In this document: one piece after another, positions 37,879 through 51,900 of the stretch
Position numbering within the stretch: the first letter of the stretch is position 1
Layout: each line of letters begins with the position of its first letter
Assembly (NCBI RefSeq): GCF_006345805.1
Contig: NC_043013.1
Location: 42,656,001 to 42,720,000, forward strand
DNA length: 64,000 nucleotides
Direction of reading: 5' to 3'
Source of the DNA: Octopus sinensis
Taxonomy: Eukaryota
Position numbers and translations under genes: made by a program
The notes under the pieces: generated by a model
Database searches by the model: none
Told to the model about the DNA's origin: nothing
The model's input: only the letters and a program-made list of their open reading frames with translations

Positions 37879-40800
37879 GGTTAAAGTATGAGATACATGG
37901 AAGGAAAGCCGGTTCTTATTGTAGAGTTACACGGCTACTCACATTTAGAAGTCTTCAATAAACCTTGATAAAACCAACTTCTTCTCTCTGTATCTAACCT
38001 AATCCTTTTCATCAATGCTACAAGGCTTTATACTTTGCACTTAATGTAACAAAACCTTGTACAAATGAGAGACCCATTAAACAAAGCATTAAACATCAGG
38101 AACTTTCCTCCCACATACTCAGAGATTTAATGCCTAATTTTTAAAAATCATTATTTGATAGCTTTGATTATTCTTTGTCAATATGAATCCTATCAATAAT
38201 CAGCCCTATTGATCTGAAGAGAGTGGGTGGGGCAAATAAGAAATCTGTGAAGATCAGTTGAGTTTTCAGCAATGTCTGTTTGTCAGCTGTTCATATCAGC
38301 TTAAAGCTATTGTTCTTATTTTGGGCAGAGATTAGTCTGTAGTCACAGCTGTGTGTGTCTGCGTGGGTGTATGTATATTTTTGTGTTCTTTTCTTTTACT
38401 TGTTTCAGTCATTTGATTGCGGCCATGCTGGGGCACCGCCTTGAATTTTTAGTCAAATGAATCAACCTTAGTACTTAGATTTTTTTTTTTTAAGCTTAGT
38501 ACTTATTCTATCGGTCTCTTTTGCCAAACTGCTAAGTTACAGGGACATGAATACACAAGCGGGGGGGGGGGGGAACAAACACAGAGACATACATACACAC
38601 ACACACACATATATGACAAGCTTCCACACAGTTTCTGGTTACCAAATTCACTCACAAAGCATCAGTCAGCATGGGGCTGTTGTAGAAATTACTTGCCCAA
38701 AGCGCCACACTGTGGGACTGAACACAAAACCATGTGCTTGCAAAGCAGGTTTCTTAACCATACAGCCATGTCTGCACCTATATCATCATTAACATCATAT
38801 GTCTGTTTTCCATGCTGGCATGGGTTGCACAGTTTGGCTGGAGCTGACTAGCTGAAGGGCTGTTCGGGTTCCCTGTCAGTTTTTGCATGGTTTCTACAGC
38901 TGGATGCTCTTCCGAATGCCAACCACTTTACAGAGGGTAATGGATGCTTTTACACAGCACCAGCACTACAAGCCCACAAAATTAGTGATGCTCAGCTGGA
39001 GAGGGTTGCAGCAGGTGAGCCTGTATGCAAGGGCAACCATGCTTTTACTTAGCTTAACATGTCTTTTCAAGCGCAGCAAACCTCCAGGAGTCTCCGTCCT
39101 CTGTCATCCCCATGATGTTTGTCTATCTTCTAAATAAACAATGTGTACAACAGCTTGGCAGTGCAACATGCAAAGATCAGTAGAATGAAGTACCTCACTT
39201 GAAAGCAAGTGAGGTTTGACATCAGGTGGGGCATCTGGCTATAGAATACTGCTTCAAGGAATCTCACCTAACCCATACCATCATGGAAAAGGTGAATATA
39301 ATAATAATAATACTGGTTTCAAATTTTACCACAAAGCCAGCAGGTTTAGGGGAGGGGCTGAGTTGATTAAATTGACCCCAGTGTTTAACTGGTACATATT
39401 TTATCAACTCTGAAAGGATGAAGGGCACAGTCAACCCCAGCAGAATTTGAACTCAGAACGTGAGGACAGACGAAATGTTGCCAAGCATTTTGCCCGGCCT
39501 GCTAGCGATTCTACCGGCTCGTCACCTTAATGATGAGGGTGGTGGTGGTGACATTGGTGATAATGATGATGGTGGTGTTAGTGGTGATGAGGGTGATGAT
39601 GATGATGATTTCCTATTAACACTTTTACTGCAGAAATTCAGATATATCCACTCAAAATTTTATTTCCTTAATTGTAGAAAGCTGTTTTATATACCAATCT
39701 GTCTTTTGTTGAGGAATGTCATGTTTCAAAATATCTTATTAGGAAATATGTCAAATTTATTATGAGGCAATGTGACTTTCAGAAAATACCAATTCTATGT
39801 TTTAGTGGATAATTAACTTCATTATGGGAAAAACCCATAAAATTAAATTACACAGTTAAAGGGTTAAAACTCACAGTTAATCTTTTAAAAGACGAAATAA
39901 CGACAATTATTATTTTTCCGTTAATAAGGTGACTGCTGGCAGAATTGTTAGCATGCCAGATGAAATGCTTAGCAGCATTTTGTCTGCCTTTACGTTCTGA
40001 GTTCAAATTCCACTGAGGTCAACTTTGTGTTTTATCCTTTTGGGGTTGATAAAATAAATACCAGTCGAGCACTGGGAGTCAACGAAATCCACTTACCTAT
40101 CCCTCAAAATTGCTGGCCTTGTGTCTAAATTTGAAACCAACATTTTTCCATTAGTAAGGCTGCAAGCTGGCAGAATCATCAGCACACAACATGAAATGCT
40201 TAGCGGCATTTTGTCTGCCTTTACGTTCTGAGTTCAAATTCCGTTGAGGTCAACTTTGTGTTTTATCCCTTTGGGGTCAAAGTAATAAGTACCACTCAAG
40301 CACTGGGGCCAATGTTATCAACAAGCTCCTTCTCCAAAATTTCAGGCTCATGGTGGTATTGATTATTTTCCCATTAGTGATTACAATAAATCTTTATTGA
40401 AATTGTTTTTATATTTAAGAATTATGTATGTAAATAAAATTCTTATTTCAGAATTAATTTTGTATATTTAAATGAAGTGTGCATGCTGACAGAAATGACA
40501 TTTGAAACTGAATCAAGAATTAGTCACCTAGTACTTTAATTTCCTGTGAAATGTCATTTTTGCCTGCTGTCACAATTTACATTCAAAGCTTATATATATA
40601 TATATATATATATATCTTATATACCAATGTCATCAAAAATGATAGCCAATATTGAATTTATTCAAAGGAAATTTAATATTAAATTCTCTTCTAAGGTACC
40701 AAGCTAGCAGGACTGTTAGTGTGCCAGGCCAAATGCTCAGCAGGATTTTGTCTGTCTTTACATTCTGAGATCTAATTCCACAGAGGTCAGCTTTGCTTTT

Positions 40801-41112
40801 TATCCTTGCGGGATCAATAAAATAAATAGCAGTTGAGCACTGGAGGTGATGTAATTGACTTTACCCCTCCTCTGAAATTGTGCCAAAATTTCAAACCAAT
40901 ATTAAATTTTCTTACTTTTTAAAAATATTATCTTCTATAGTGCGTAATATATGTTATATATAATGGAATGACAAGGGAACAGGAATTACGTTATCAGCTT
41001 CATTAACTTACTGTTGTTTCTGCTACAAAAAGCTGTGCATCACCTTATAGCTTCTTCAGAGCATTTTAAATGCTCCAAGGAAGATATAAAGTTATGTAGA
41101 TGGGTGTATGTA

Positions 41113-41144
<32 letters not shown>

Positions 41145-43221
41145 ATCATCATCATCGTTTAACATCTGCTTTCCATGCTGGCATGGGTTGGACGATTTGA
41201 CTGAGGACTGGCAAACCAGATGGCTGCACCAGGCTCCAATCTGATCTGGCAGAGTTTCTACAGCTAGATGCCTTCCCTAATGCCAACCACACCGAGAGTG
41301 TAGTGGGTGCTTTTACATGCCACCGGCACGAGGCCCAGTCAGGCAGTACTGGCAATGGCCATGCTCAAATGGTGTTTGTACATACCCCCTGCACAGGAGC
41401 CAGTCCAGCGGCACTGGCAACGACCTCACTCGAATAATCTTTTCACGTGCCACTGGCACAAGTGCCTCAAAGTGTCTATCCAAAATTGACTCACTGGTCT
41501 AAAGTGCTCTATGGTGGGACTGAACACAAAATCACATGGTAGCAAAGCAAGCTTCTTAACCACGTGGCTTAACCGCCTTAGTTGATTGCAAAAGACTTAA
41601 TCTCTCATCTATTTTAACATCATTACCTGGGGCCCTCAGGTAGCTCAAACAATAGTTAAAGGCACCTCTTTCAAGTATTTAGAAGCCTTGAAAAGAAACT
41701 GAGGCATTGTCCTTCTTCCTCTAACTAAGCCATGAAAAAAAAGACATTTATTTACTATGAGAATTGATATATAATATTTTGTTGATTTTGCTCCTTATCT
41801 AAAATCATGCAGTTGGCTTTCTATCAATTGTAATATTTATTTTAAGGTGACTGTTGTTTTCTTGCTGTTTATCATTGATTTTGTTTTCTTTACATTCATT
41901 GCCATTCCATAGGTCATTTCTTTGTCATTTGTTGTAATTACACGTGGTTGTTTTTGCTGAATGTTAAGGCAGTCTCTTCTGTATTTCTAAGCCATTGTTG
42001 ATATTCGTACCTCATATTGACGCCCCTGGTATGTCCTTGAAAACCTTTCTGTGTATAAATTAAATAAACTAGAGGAGAGTACATCAGCTCTATCTCTTTT
42101 ACTTGTTTCAATCAGTTGACTGTGGCCATGCTGGAGCACTGCCTTTAGTCGAGCAAATCGATCCCAGGACTTATTCTTTGGAAGCCTAGTACTTATTCTA
42201 TCGGTCTCTTTTGTCAAACTGCTAAGTTACGGGGGGCCTAAACACACCAGCACACTCGAACAATAGAAGCCTTGAAAAGAAACTGAGACATTGTGGACCA
42301 GGATATACAGAAAGATGCAATGGTTACAGTAAAAGCATATCTGATAACAGGTTTGCCCCGACAGAGCTTGGGGTTGATTTGTTTTCTGTAAACTGTTGAA
42401 AGCGATGCCCAGGCCTGGCCGCAACTGACTGAAACAAGTAAAAACAAAACAAACAAATAGACTTTTTTTAGTAAACACATAGACTATGTTTACTTTTATA
42501 CCTGCGGTATAGTTTGAACTCACAATATTCCCAACTACATAAATCCATCAGCCTTTGTACTTTAACGAGTTTTCTCACTATTGTATCATTTAAATTCCCA
42601 GTTTTAATGACTCACTTAAAAACTTGCTTCACAACTTTACAAAGTCGTTAAGTGGAAGTCGTTGTTTGTTTATTTTTAATTGCTGTTATATCTTTTCTAT
42701 AAAATAATACGTCGTTTCTCACGTTCATAATAACAGTGTTTTGGCAACTACATTTTCGGCTTCTTTTTTTTTCTTTTTTTTTTTTTTTTTTTTTTTGTGA
42801 ATTCTCATTTCATTGAATTTCTGTTTTATTGACCACTCATTTTATTGGATTTTCAGTTTTGTTTTGCTCTGAAACTGAAAATCTGGAAACAAAAGCATCT
42901 ATAGTAATAAAAACAACAACAAAAATAACCATAATATTGATTCCAACTTTTGGAACAACGCCGACAATTTGTGGGGAGGGAAAAAGTCGATTACATCGAC
43001 CCCAGTGCTCAAGACATATTTATTTTAGCTCTCTGGCTTACCAGTTCCAGCCAAACTGTCTAACCCATGCCAGCATGGAGAGCAGATGCTAAATGGTGAT
43101 GATGACCCTGAAAGGTGACAAACAAAGTCAACCTTGGCACAATTCGAACTCAAACTTTCTGAAGAAGAGCTTTGCTCGAAACATAAAACACCCTTTCTTT
43201 CTTTCCCTGAACGTCTTTTAA

Positions 43222-43442
43222 CCCTTTCGTTACCAACCCGGCTGAAACTGCCTCTGGCTCTGTAGTACAAATGTCTTGTTTTCATAAGCTTTGAATTAAA
43301 ATCTTCCACCAAACCTTGGTCACAGTTTACGTTCCTAACACTAGCTGAATGATAACTAAGTTATTTTACTAAATTCTTTGTTACATCTAAAGTTATTGAA
43401 AGAAAAACAGTGCATCTCGAAATAAATACGGTAATGAAAGGG
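43222..43442. mobile_element. piggyBac-type MITE, same family as 17795-18014, opposite orientation
   Basis: TTAA|CCCTTTCGTTAC ... GTAATGAAAGGG|TTAA. Confidence 0.88.
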
Positions 43443-46400
43443 TTAATACTTTGCATATACCACATCAAGTTGAACAAAATGCCTCTAAGCATTTTACCCG
43501 TCTGAAAAATAATCATGATATTGGCTTCAAAGCAAGTTTGGCAGGGTAATGGGGCTAAGTTGATTAAATCAACCTCAGTGTTCAACTGGTAAATGCTTTA
43601 TCAACCCTGAAAGGATGAAGGGCAAAATTTGAACTCAGAACATAAAGACAGACGAAATACTGCTTAACATTTCGCCCAGCATGTTGAAAATTCTGCCAGC
43701 TCACCTCCTTAAACAACCATAACATGAATAATTGTTTGTTTGTTGTTGTTTGTTTTTTAAGTGGCAAACAAGTGGAATTGCTGTTGCATGAGACGAAATG
43801 CTTAGTGGCATTTTTTTTCTAGCTCTTCACATCCTAAGTTCAAATGCTGCTGAAGCTGACTTTTCTCTTCAGCCTTTCAAGGTCTTCAAAATAAGTACCA
43901 GTTGAGCACAGTGACCAATGTCATTAACTTCTCTGTCCCTACTCAGAATTACTGGCCCTTTGGTACAAGGCCAGCAACTTTTAGGGGTGGTGTGAGGGGT
44001 TTAGTCGATTACATCAATCCCAGTACTTGACTAGTTACTGTATTTTATTGACGATCCAAAAGGATGAAAGACAAAGGTGGTGTGTAGGTTTGGTGAAGGC
44101 ATATAGCTCAGTGGTTAGAGCATCAGGCTCTCAATCATGAGATATTAAGTTCAATTCCTGGACCAGGCTGCATGTTATGCTCTTGAGCAAGACACCTTCT
44201 TTCATGTTGCTCCTTTTCACTCAGCTGTAGAAATGATTTGTGACATCACTGGTGCCAAGCTGTATCAGCCCTTGCCTTTCCATTGGATAACATCAGTGGT
44301 GTGGAGAAGAGAGGCTGGTATGCATGGGTGACTACTGGTCTTCCATAAACAACTTTGCCTGGACTTGTAGTTCAGAGGGGAACTTTCTAGGTGCAATCTC
44401 ATAGTTATTCATGACCGAAGGGAGACTTTACCCTTTTTTTTTTGTGTAGGTTTGCATCCCAGCACAGTGATTGTGGATGTGGATAGTAAAATATTGCAAT
44501 GTTCTTATTCTTTTACTGTTTTCTGATAATGGATTGTGGCCATGCTGAGCTATTTTTTTCTAAGGTGTAATCAGTTATATTAACCCCACTCAATTTTTTC
44601 AAGTGATCTTAGAATAAGGGGTAAAGACCCCTTTCGGTAATGAATGACAATGAGATTGCACCTAGAAAGTTGTGCCCCTCCAAGGCACAAGTATGGACAA
44701 GGTTGTTTATGGACGACCAGCGATCACCCAATCATACCAGCCTCTCCTCTCCATCCCACCGATGTTATCCAAGGGAAAGGCAAAGGCTGATACAGCTTGG
44801 CACCAGTGACATTGCAACTCATTTCTACAGTTAAGTGAACTGGAGCAATGTGAAATAAAGTGTCTTGCTCAAGAACACAACACACAGCCTGGTCTGGGAA
44901 TTGAACTCACTACCTCATGATTATGAACTTGACACTCTGACCACTGAGCCATGTGATAACAATAAAGGGGACATATGGAGGATTTGAAATTGGAACATAA
45001 TGGAGTCTAACCAAATACCAGAGGTTTGATTATTTATCATCATCATTTTTCCATGCTGGCATGGGTTGGATGTAACCACTTGATGTAGTATTGCTTCTAC
45101 CAAATGCCCTTCTTGTTATCAACCCTTGTTTTCAAGTAAGGCATTTTATTGAATTGTTGAGCTGCAGGACATAAACAAACATTATTGCTCCCTAAGCAGT
45201 ATCAATGCAAAGACTTATGGAGACAATAACACACACACACATGATGGGTTTCTGTATAGTTTCCATTCACTTAATTTCACTCATAAGGTCTTGGTTAACT
45301 CAAGGCTATAATAGACAACATTTGTCCAAGGTGCCACACATTCTTTTCTACTTTAGGCACAATTTTGGAGAGGGGGCCAGTCAATTAGCTCAACCCCAGT
45401 ACGCAACTGGTACTTAATTTATCAACCTTGAAAGGATGAAAGGCAAAGTCAACCTCAGTGGAATTTGAACTCAGAACGTAAAGACGACGAAATGCCTATT
45501 TCTTTATTACCCACAAGGGGCTAAACACAGAGGAGACGATCAAGGACAGACAAACGGATTAAGTCGATTATATCGACCCCAGTGCATAACTGGTACTTAT
45601 TTAATTGACCCCAAAAGGATGAAAGGCAAAGTCGACCTTGGCAGAATTTGAAATCAGAACGTAGCAGCAGACGAAATACCGCTAAGCATTTCGCCTGGTG
45701 TGCTAACGTTTCTGCCAGCTCGCTGCCTTCAAGGTGCCACACATTGAGATTGAACCTGAAACTACATGGCTGTGAAACAAACTTCTTAACCCCATGGCCA
45801 TAGCTGACTAAAACTGCTTTAAAATACATCCTACTGACTTAAAAAAAAAAAAACAGGGAAGATACATTGAAAATCAACCTACGAAAAAATAGCAGCCAAA
45901 TCTATTTCAAACCACACTTTAATGTCATTAGAGTAACATGAGTATACTAGATATTATATTTGGAAAATAAAAAGTCAGGATGGTCATGGAAATGTATGCC
46001 TAATGCTTTGGACATATTGCTTGCATAACCATGGTTAATTTGGGTTAATCAACTAAGGAAATTGATTGGATAGTAGAGAGAATGCAACTACATTGAAACA
46101 TTGTACATCTGGAACAATAGACCTATGGGTCATACCTAACTGTTCAGCTGCCTATTTGCATGCCATAGTTCTTTGGGATTGAAACTGTCCTGGAGATGCA
46201 CAACACCAACTTTCTTGCATGCCATTGACTTGTGGCCAATTATTTATTTGAGTTCTTCTCTTGCTTTTTTTATTTTATTTTATTATCTTATTTTATCCAT
46301 TATATGCAACAGAAGCAGTATTAGATTAAAATAGCCATCTGTGCATCATACTAAATGCAAATACATTGTGAGAAGGCAAATGAAATGCAGTGTTCATTCA

Positions 46401-47698
46401 GAGGTAATATCTCTTATGGATGTACTGTGTTTAAAAACAGGAAGATATATCAGTAGTAGTAGCATTATATGCAACAGATGTGGTAGCATTCCTCACTACT
46501 GCTGCTGCACAATTTTTGTCAGCTCCTGCTAACTGGTGTGTTTTTGTTTTTAACCCTTTATCATTTAAATCAACCCTATCCAATCCAAATATTCTTCCTG
46601 TTTTATATCCAAGCTGGCCAGATCTGGCCTTTCGCACCTACCCTACTCTTTTACTTGTTTCAGTCATTTGACTGCAGCCATGCTGGAGCACTGCCTTTTA
46701 GTCAAGCAAATCGACCCCAGGACTTATTCTTTGTAAGCCTAGTACTTATTCTATCAGTCTCTTTTGCTGAACTGCTAAGTTACAGGGACGTAAACACAGA
46801 CACACAAACATATACACACACACACACATACATATATATACATATATATGACGGGCTTCTTTCAGTTTCCATCTACCAAATCCACTCACAAGGCTTTGGT
46901 TGGCCTGAGGCTATAGTAGAAGATACTTGCCCAAGGTGCCATGCAGTGGGACTGAACCCGGAACCATATGGTTGGTAAGCAAGCTACTTACCATACAGCC
47001 ACTCCTGCACCTATGATATTCCAAAAAGAAATAATCACACATGAAAATCTCAAAGCCATGAGATAATGCATGATTAATTCAAAACAATGTGAATAAATAA
47101 GCATTACACTTGACAGAGTAATCTGAATGCTAAAGGATTAAACATAGGCATAGGAGTGGCTGTGTGGTAAGTAGCTTGCTTACCAACCACATGGTTCCGG
47201 GCTCAGGCCGATCAATGCCTTGTGAGTGGATTTGGTAGACGGAAACTGAAATAAGCCTGTCATATATATATATGTGTGTGTGTGTATGTATATATTTGTG
47301 TGTCTGTGTTTGTCCCCTCTACCATCGCTTGACAACCGATGCTGGTGTGTTTACGTCCCCGTCACTAAGCGGTTCGGCAAGAGAGACCAATAGAATAAGT
47401 ACTAGGCTTACAAAGAATAAGTCCTGGGGGTCGATTTGCTCAACTCAAGGCGTTGCTCGAGCATGGCCGCAGTCAAATGACTGAAACAAATAAAAGAATA
47501 TTATGTTCATAAAAGATGTTACTCTCCAGATGGACACTACATTTAAATTGCCTTTTTTGTGATGTATTTACATTTAGTATGATACGCGAATGGCTAGTTC
47601 ATTTCATAAATTTTTTTTTGCATTCCTATGTTATCTTGCTTGTTTGTCTTTTCCTTTGTTCCTTTCTTCAGGAATGTTCTTCTGTTACTTGCAGTGTC

Positions 47699-47845
47699 AT
47701 GCCAGCCCCTCACACCAGTCACTTTCTGTTGCTATATGCCTCCCAGACAGGTCAGGCAGAGTCCATTTCCGAGTTAATCTACGACAATGCCGTGGCCAGT
47801 GGTCTCTCTGTAGAACGCCATTGCCTCAGTAGCACCGATGACAAA
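47699..47845 (+). CDS. MTRR: MTRR first coding exon ([49 protein letters not shown])
   Basis: ATG at 47699; flavodoxin phosphate-binding loop; donor AAA|GTAACT at 47846 (phase 0); pyrimidine-rich acceptors ending at 47671 and 47694. Confidence 0.93.
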
Positions 47846-48855
47846 GTAACTGATGCCTTTGTCTTTTACCATAACTTCTCTCTCCACATTTTCCAAACTG
47901 CCTAAATTCTCAAATTGGTACTTCGAAATATGCACGGACATTCTTTGATTATCGCTATGTTTTTAATTAATTAATTACAAAATAATTATCTTCATTATAA
48001 TTATAATCCCACTTAACTTCCTATCTGTTTTTAATACTCTTTATCATCAGATATATTTAATATTCCTTCAGTGTTATCCTTTTTAACTTACCCCTTTTTC
48101 TACTGTTCATTAACTTATTTACCTCAGTTCTTCCTTCACCATTGCTTTAATTAAACTCCTTCCCTCCATTACTGTCCTATTTAACTCCTGTCCTACTTTA
48201 AACTTGTGTTTTTGTCCTATTTAATTTTTGACCTACATTGCAGTTCACTTAATTTGCTCTGGTCCTACTTTTGGTTGTGTTTCATATATCAAACTTTTAA
48301 CACTTTTTTTTGTTTTATTTAATCCTCTTTCCATCTCTTTTATCCAATTAAAACATTTGTCCTATTCTTTTTGATTGATTTAATTATTTCCTATTCAACT
48401 TTAATTTTATATAAACAATTTTATAGTCAATATATATTACATAATCAACACACCACATCTCCTTTATCCATTTTTTTCCCCTTGTTATATATTCCTGTTA
48501 CACACATGTACATATACACACAGTTAAAAAACATGTACACATACTTAATATAATCTATATACATTTGAGGCTCAGTTCTCCCCCCCCCCTCTCTCTCTGC
48601 CTGTCACTATTATCTTTCCTGTTATTTCTGTTTGAATGCATTTTGACATACTAATGTGTGCCTATGTACAGTAATCCTACGCCATATCACGGTTTGTCAT
48701 TTAAGCTTACGTTGATTCTTCCATGGTGTTGTTTTGCATTTATAATAAAATAAATATATACAAATTATAAAAATAATTTTAAAAATATACAGTACAGGGT
48801 GGGGTTTGAACATAACACCCGCAATAGCCAAGGGGCTACTGTGTGTGTACATGTA

Positions 48856-48900
<45 letters not shown>

Positions 48901-51900
48901 AAAGGGCTTAGTAAAATAAATTACTTTGCCGCATACTGAACTCATTAGAAATAGCAGCTAAAAAATTTTTTAAAAACTATTTCTAATACTTAAAGAAAAT
49001 CTCTCTCATATATAGTGTTTGCTTAATTCAACTCACACTATATATATAGCAAACACTATATATGAGAGAGATTTTCTTTAAGTATTAGAAATAGTTTTTA
49101 AAAAATTTTTTAGCTGCTATTTCTAATGAGTTCAGTATGCGGCAAAGTAATTTATTTTACTAAGCCCTTTTATATAATGTAATAATTTGAATTCGCCTTG
49201 AATGGTCCCTTTGCATACTGAACACTTGGTGAAATTGATTAATAATTAATTAATTTTGCCCTCAATTGTTGAAATTATATATATATATATATATATATTA
49301 TAGGTTTAGTTCTTCAAACAGAATAAATAAAACTCAAAACATGAGTATATATATATTTTATATTTTTAGTCAGCATAAGTGACAATGTGACTCAAGGGCC
49401 AAGAGTTTTGTGCACGTCACACTTACAAAAACTAGTTTGAGTCACTTTGTAGTGTCTGCTGATTAGATAGACAGACAGACAGACAGGTGTGTCTGTGCAC
49501 ATACTGGTTGTGCGTGTGTTTACATGTACACATGGTTATTTATACAATTAGATTAAAAAAGATAGCTTCTACATGGTCAATGACCTGCTAGAAGAAAACA
49601 ACCATATACCCTATAGTTTTTTTAATAAGATGATGAATATAGTCATAGATACAATTACTAAAAAAGTGGCAATATGGTCACTACTGAAAAACCTTTGGTC
49701 ATAGGGTTGCTAAAATAAGTCTGACCTGCACCAAACAACAGCCAACTACACATATTCAGAGCGCAGAATAGCATGCTTGTATACATAGACAAAAATGCAG
49801 ATGCCCATGATGATAGTTTAACAGACAACCAGCAGAACTCACAGAAGTTTGTATCTTGTGACCAGAACTGTGTGCAACCAAGTCCATCTAACTCTAAATA
49901 AGTATCCATTCCATCCATGCCCACCTGATCCTCTCATCTCCTTTTTCCATCACCCTTGCTTTCTCTCATCTTATATGTACACACATACACGCACGCACAC
50001 ACCTGCATGAAACACTTCAACCAGTCCTTTCTCCTCACAGTAGTAATCCACTGAAATTACCTCCCTATCCACAATTATCCTGCAAATATTGACCAAAAAT
50101 AGATATTCAAGCTGAATATTAACCTCATCAATCAGATTTACTTTAAATCTGATGTGCACTACCCCTTCTTTTGACTGATTTACATCACTGCTTGACAACA
50201 GATGTTGGTTTGTTTACATCCCTGTGACTTAGCAGTTTGGCTAAAGAAGCTGATAGAATAAGTCAATAGAAATCAATCAAAAGACAGACTGAGCTGGCAG
50301 AAACGTTATCACACCGGGTGAAATGCTTAGCGGTATTTCGTCTGTCTTTACGTTCTGAGGTCAACTTTGCCTTTCATCCTTTCGGGGTCAATAAATTAAG
50401 TACCAGTTACACACTGGAGTCGATGTAATTGACTTGATCCCTTTCTCTGTCCTTGTTTGTCCCCTCTATGTTTAGCCCCTTGTGGGCAATAAAGAAATAA
50501 GAACTCAATCTCAGTACTTAAAATTTTGTTTGACTCAACCCTTCAAAGCAGTGTCCCAGCATGACTGAAGACTAATGACTGAAATGAGTATATGAAACAA
50601 CATCAGATAAACCAACTATAAATCCTTTCAGTGTTCTCAACCGGGGTCTGTATGTCCCTTGTGAGGCCCATATAAGATTTTGTTATTAAAATTTATCCCC
50701 GATTAATTGGTTATATTTCTACAATACACAAAATAGTTTAACAATTTTTTTACATGATTCCTTAATAATATTTAATTATAAAAATACGAGTTGTCAAACA
50801 TTTAAACCAAATTTTCTCAAAACAACTTGTCTGACAGTCCCATAGGCCTCCCCTTTGAGAAACACTGATTTAACCTAAATTTGAGACATCAGCAAAAGAA
50901 GAAATAAAGATAGACATTTCTTTTCTATTCGAAAGAAAAATGGTTTTATTTATCTTATCGATCGCATTCTCACCTGGAATCGATTTTTGTAATTTTTTTC
51001 AAAACTTATACACGCCCTGATACCGTTGGTATCTACATATCAAACTTGAATGCAATCGCATGGAGGATGCCCGAGATCCTAGAAGACACATACACAGACA
51101 GACAGAACAGATTTTATATAATAGATAATAGGATTCTAAAATACTGAATGCCAATGTCTCAAAGTAGATGGGACACATGAAGGTGGGAGAGCCAGGAAGA
51201 CATGGGATGAAGTACTGAAAAAAGACCTCGGGATGCTGACCCTTCAGATGAGATGACAAAAGACTGAGATACCTGGTGCCTTGCTGTGCTCAAGAAGACC
51301 CATACTCTGCAGCAGAAGTGTTAAGACCGATCCTGCTGCTGATGTAAAGCTCTTGTGGGAGTGCCGTGTAAAAGCACCCATGTGGTACCACATAAGAGCA
51401 ACCATGCAGTGTCACGTAAAAGTACCTGTGTGGTGTCTCATAAAAGCACTCAGTACACTCTGTAAAGTGGTTGGCATTGGGAAGGGCATCCAGCCATAGA
51501 CACCAAGCCAAATCAGACTGGAACCTGGTGCAGCTCCCAGCTTGCCAGCATGGACAACAGACGTTAAATGATGATGCTGATGAATGGTTATGAGGGTCCA
51601 ACCTGAATAAAATAGGAATCAAAGGTGTCCATCAGAAAAAAAATGGTTGAGAACCACTGCTCTACATAGTTGCTTGACATGCTAAAAATAGCAGCCAAAT
51701 ATCCCTCAAATCACATTCTGTTGTCTTAGACAAAAAAGGAGGAAGGATACATTGAACAAGTAAGTAGTCCTAGGTTAACATGAAAAATAAGTTGGTCATG
51801 GCTGAATACCTTTAATCATAGATCTGCTCAGTTGGGGCTGACTTGGGGTTAAATAACAAGTGCAACAACAAAAATCACCAGCAGCACAACCACTTAACTT

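Noticed and set aside
46538-46978. Many 60-160-aa ORFs in the ORF track sharing motifs such as IYQIHSQGFG..CPRCHAVGLNPEP or HMVPGSVPLRGTLGKCLLL
   Set aside because: Recurrent translations of SINE copies, not genes.
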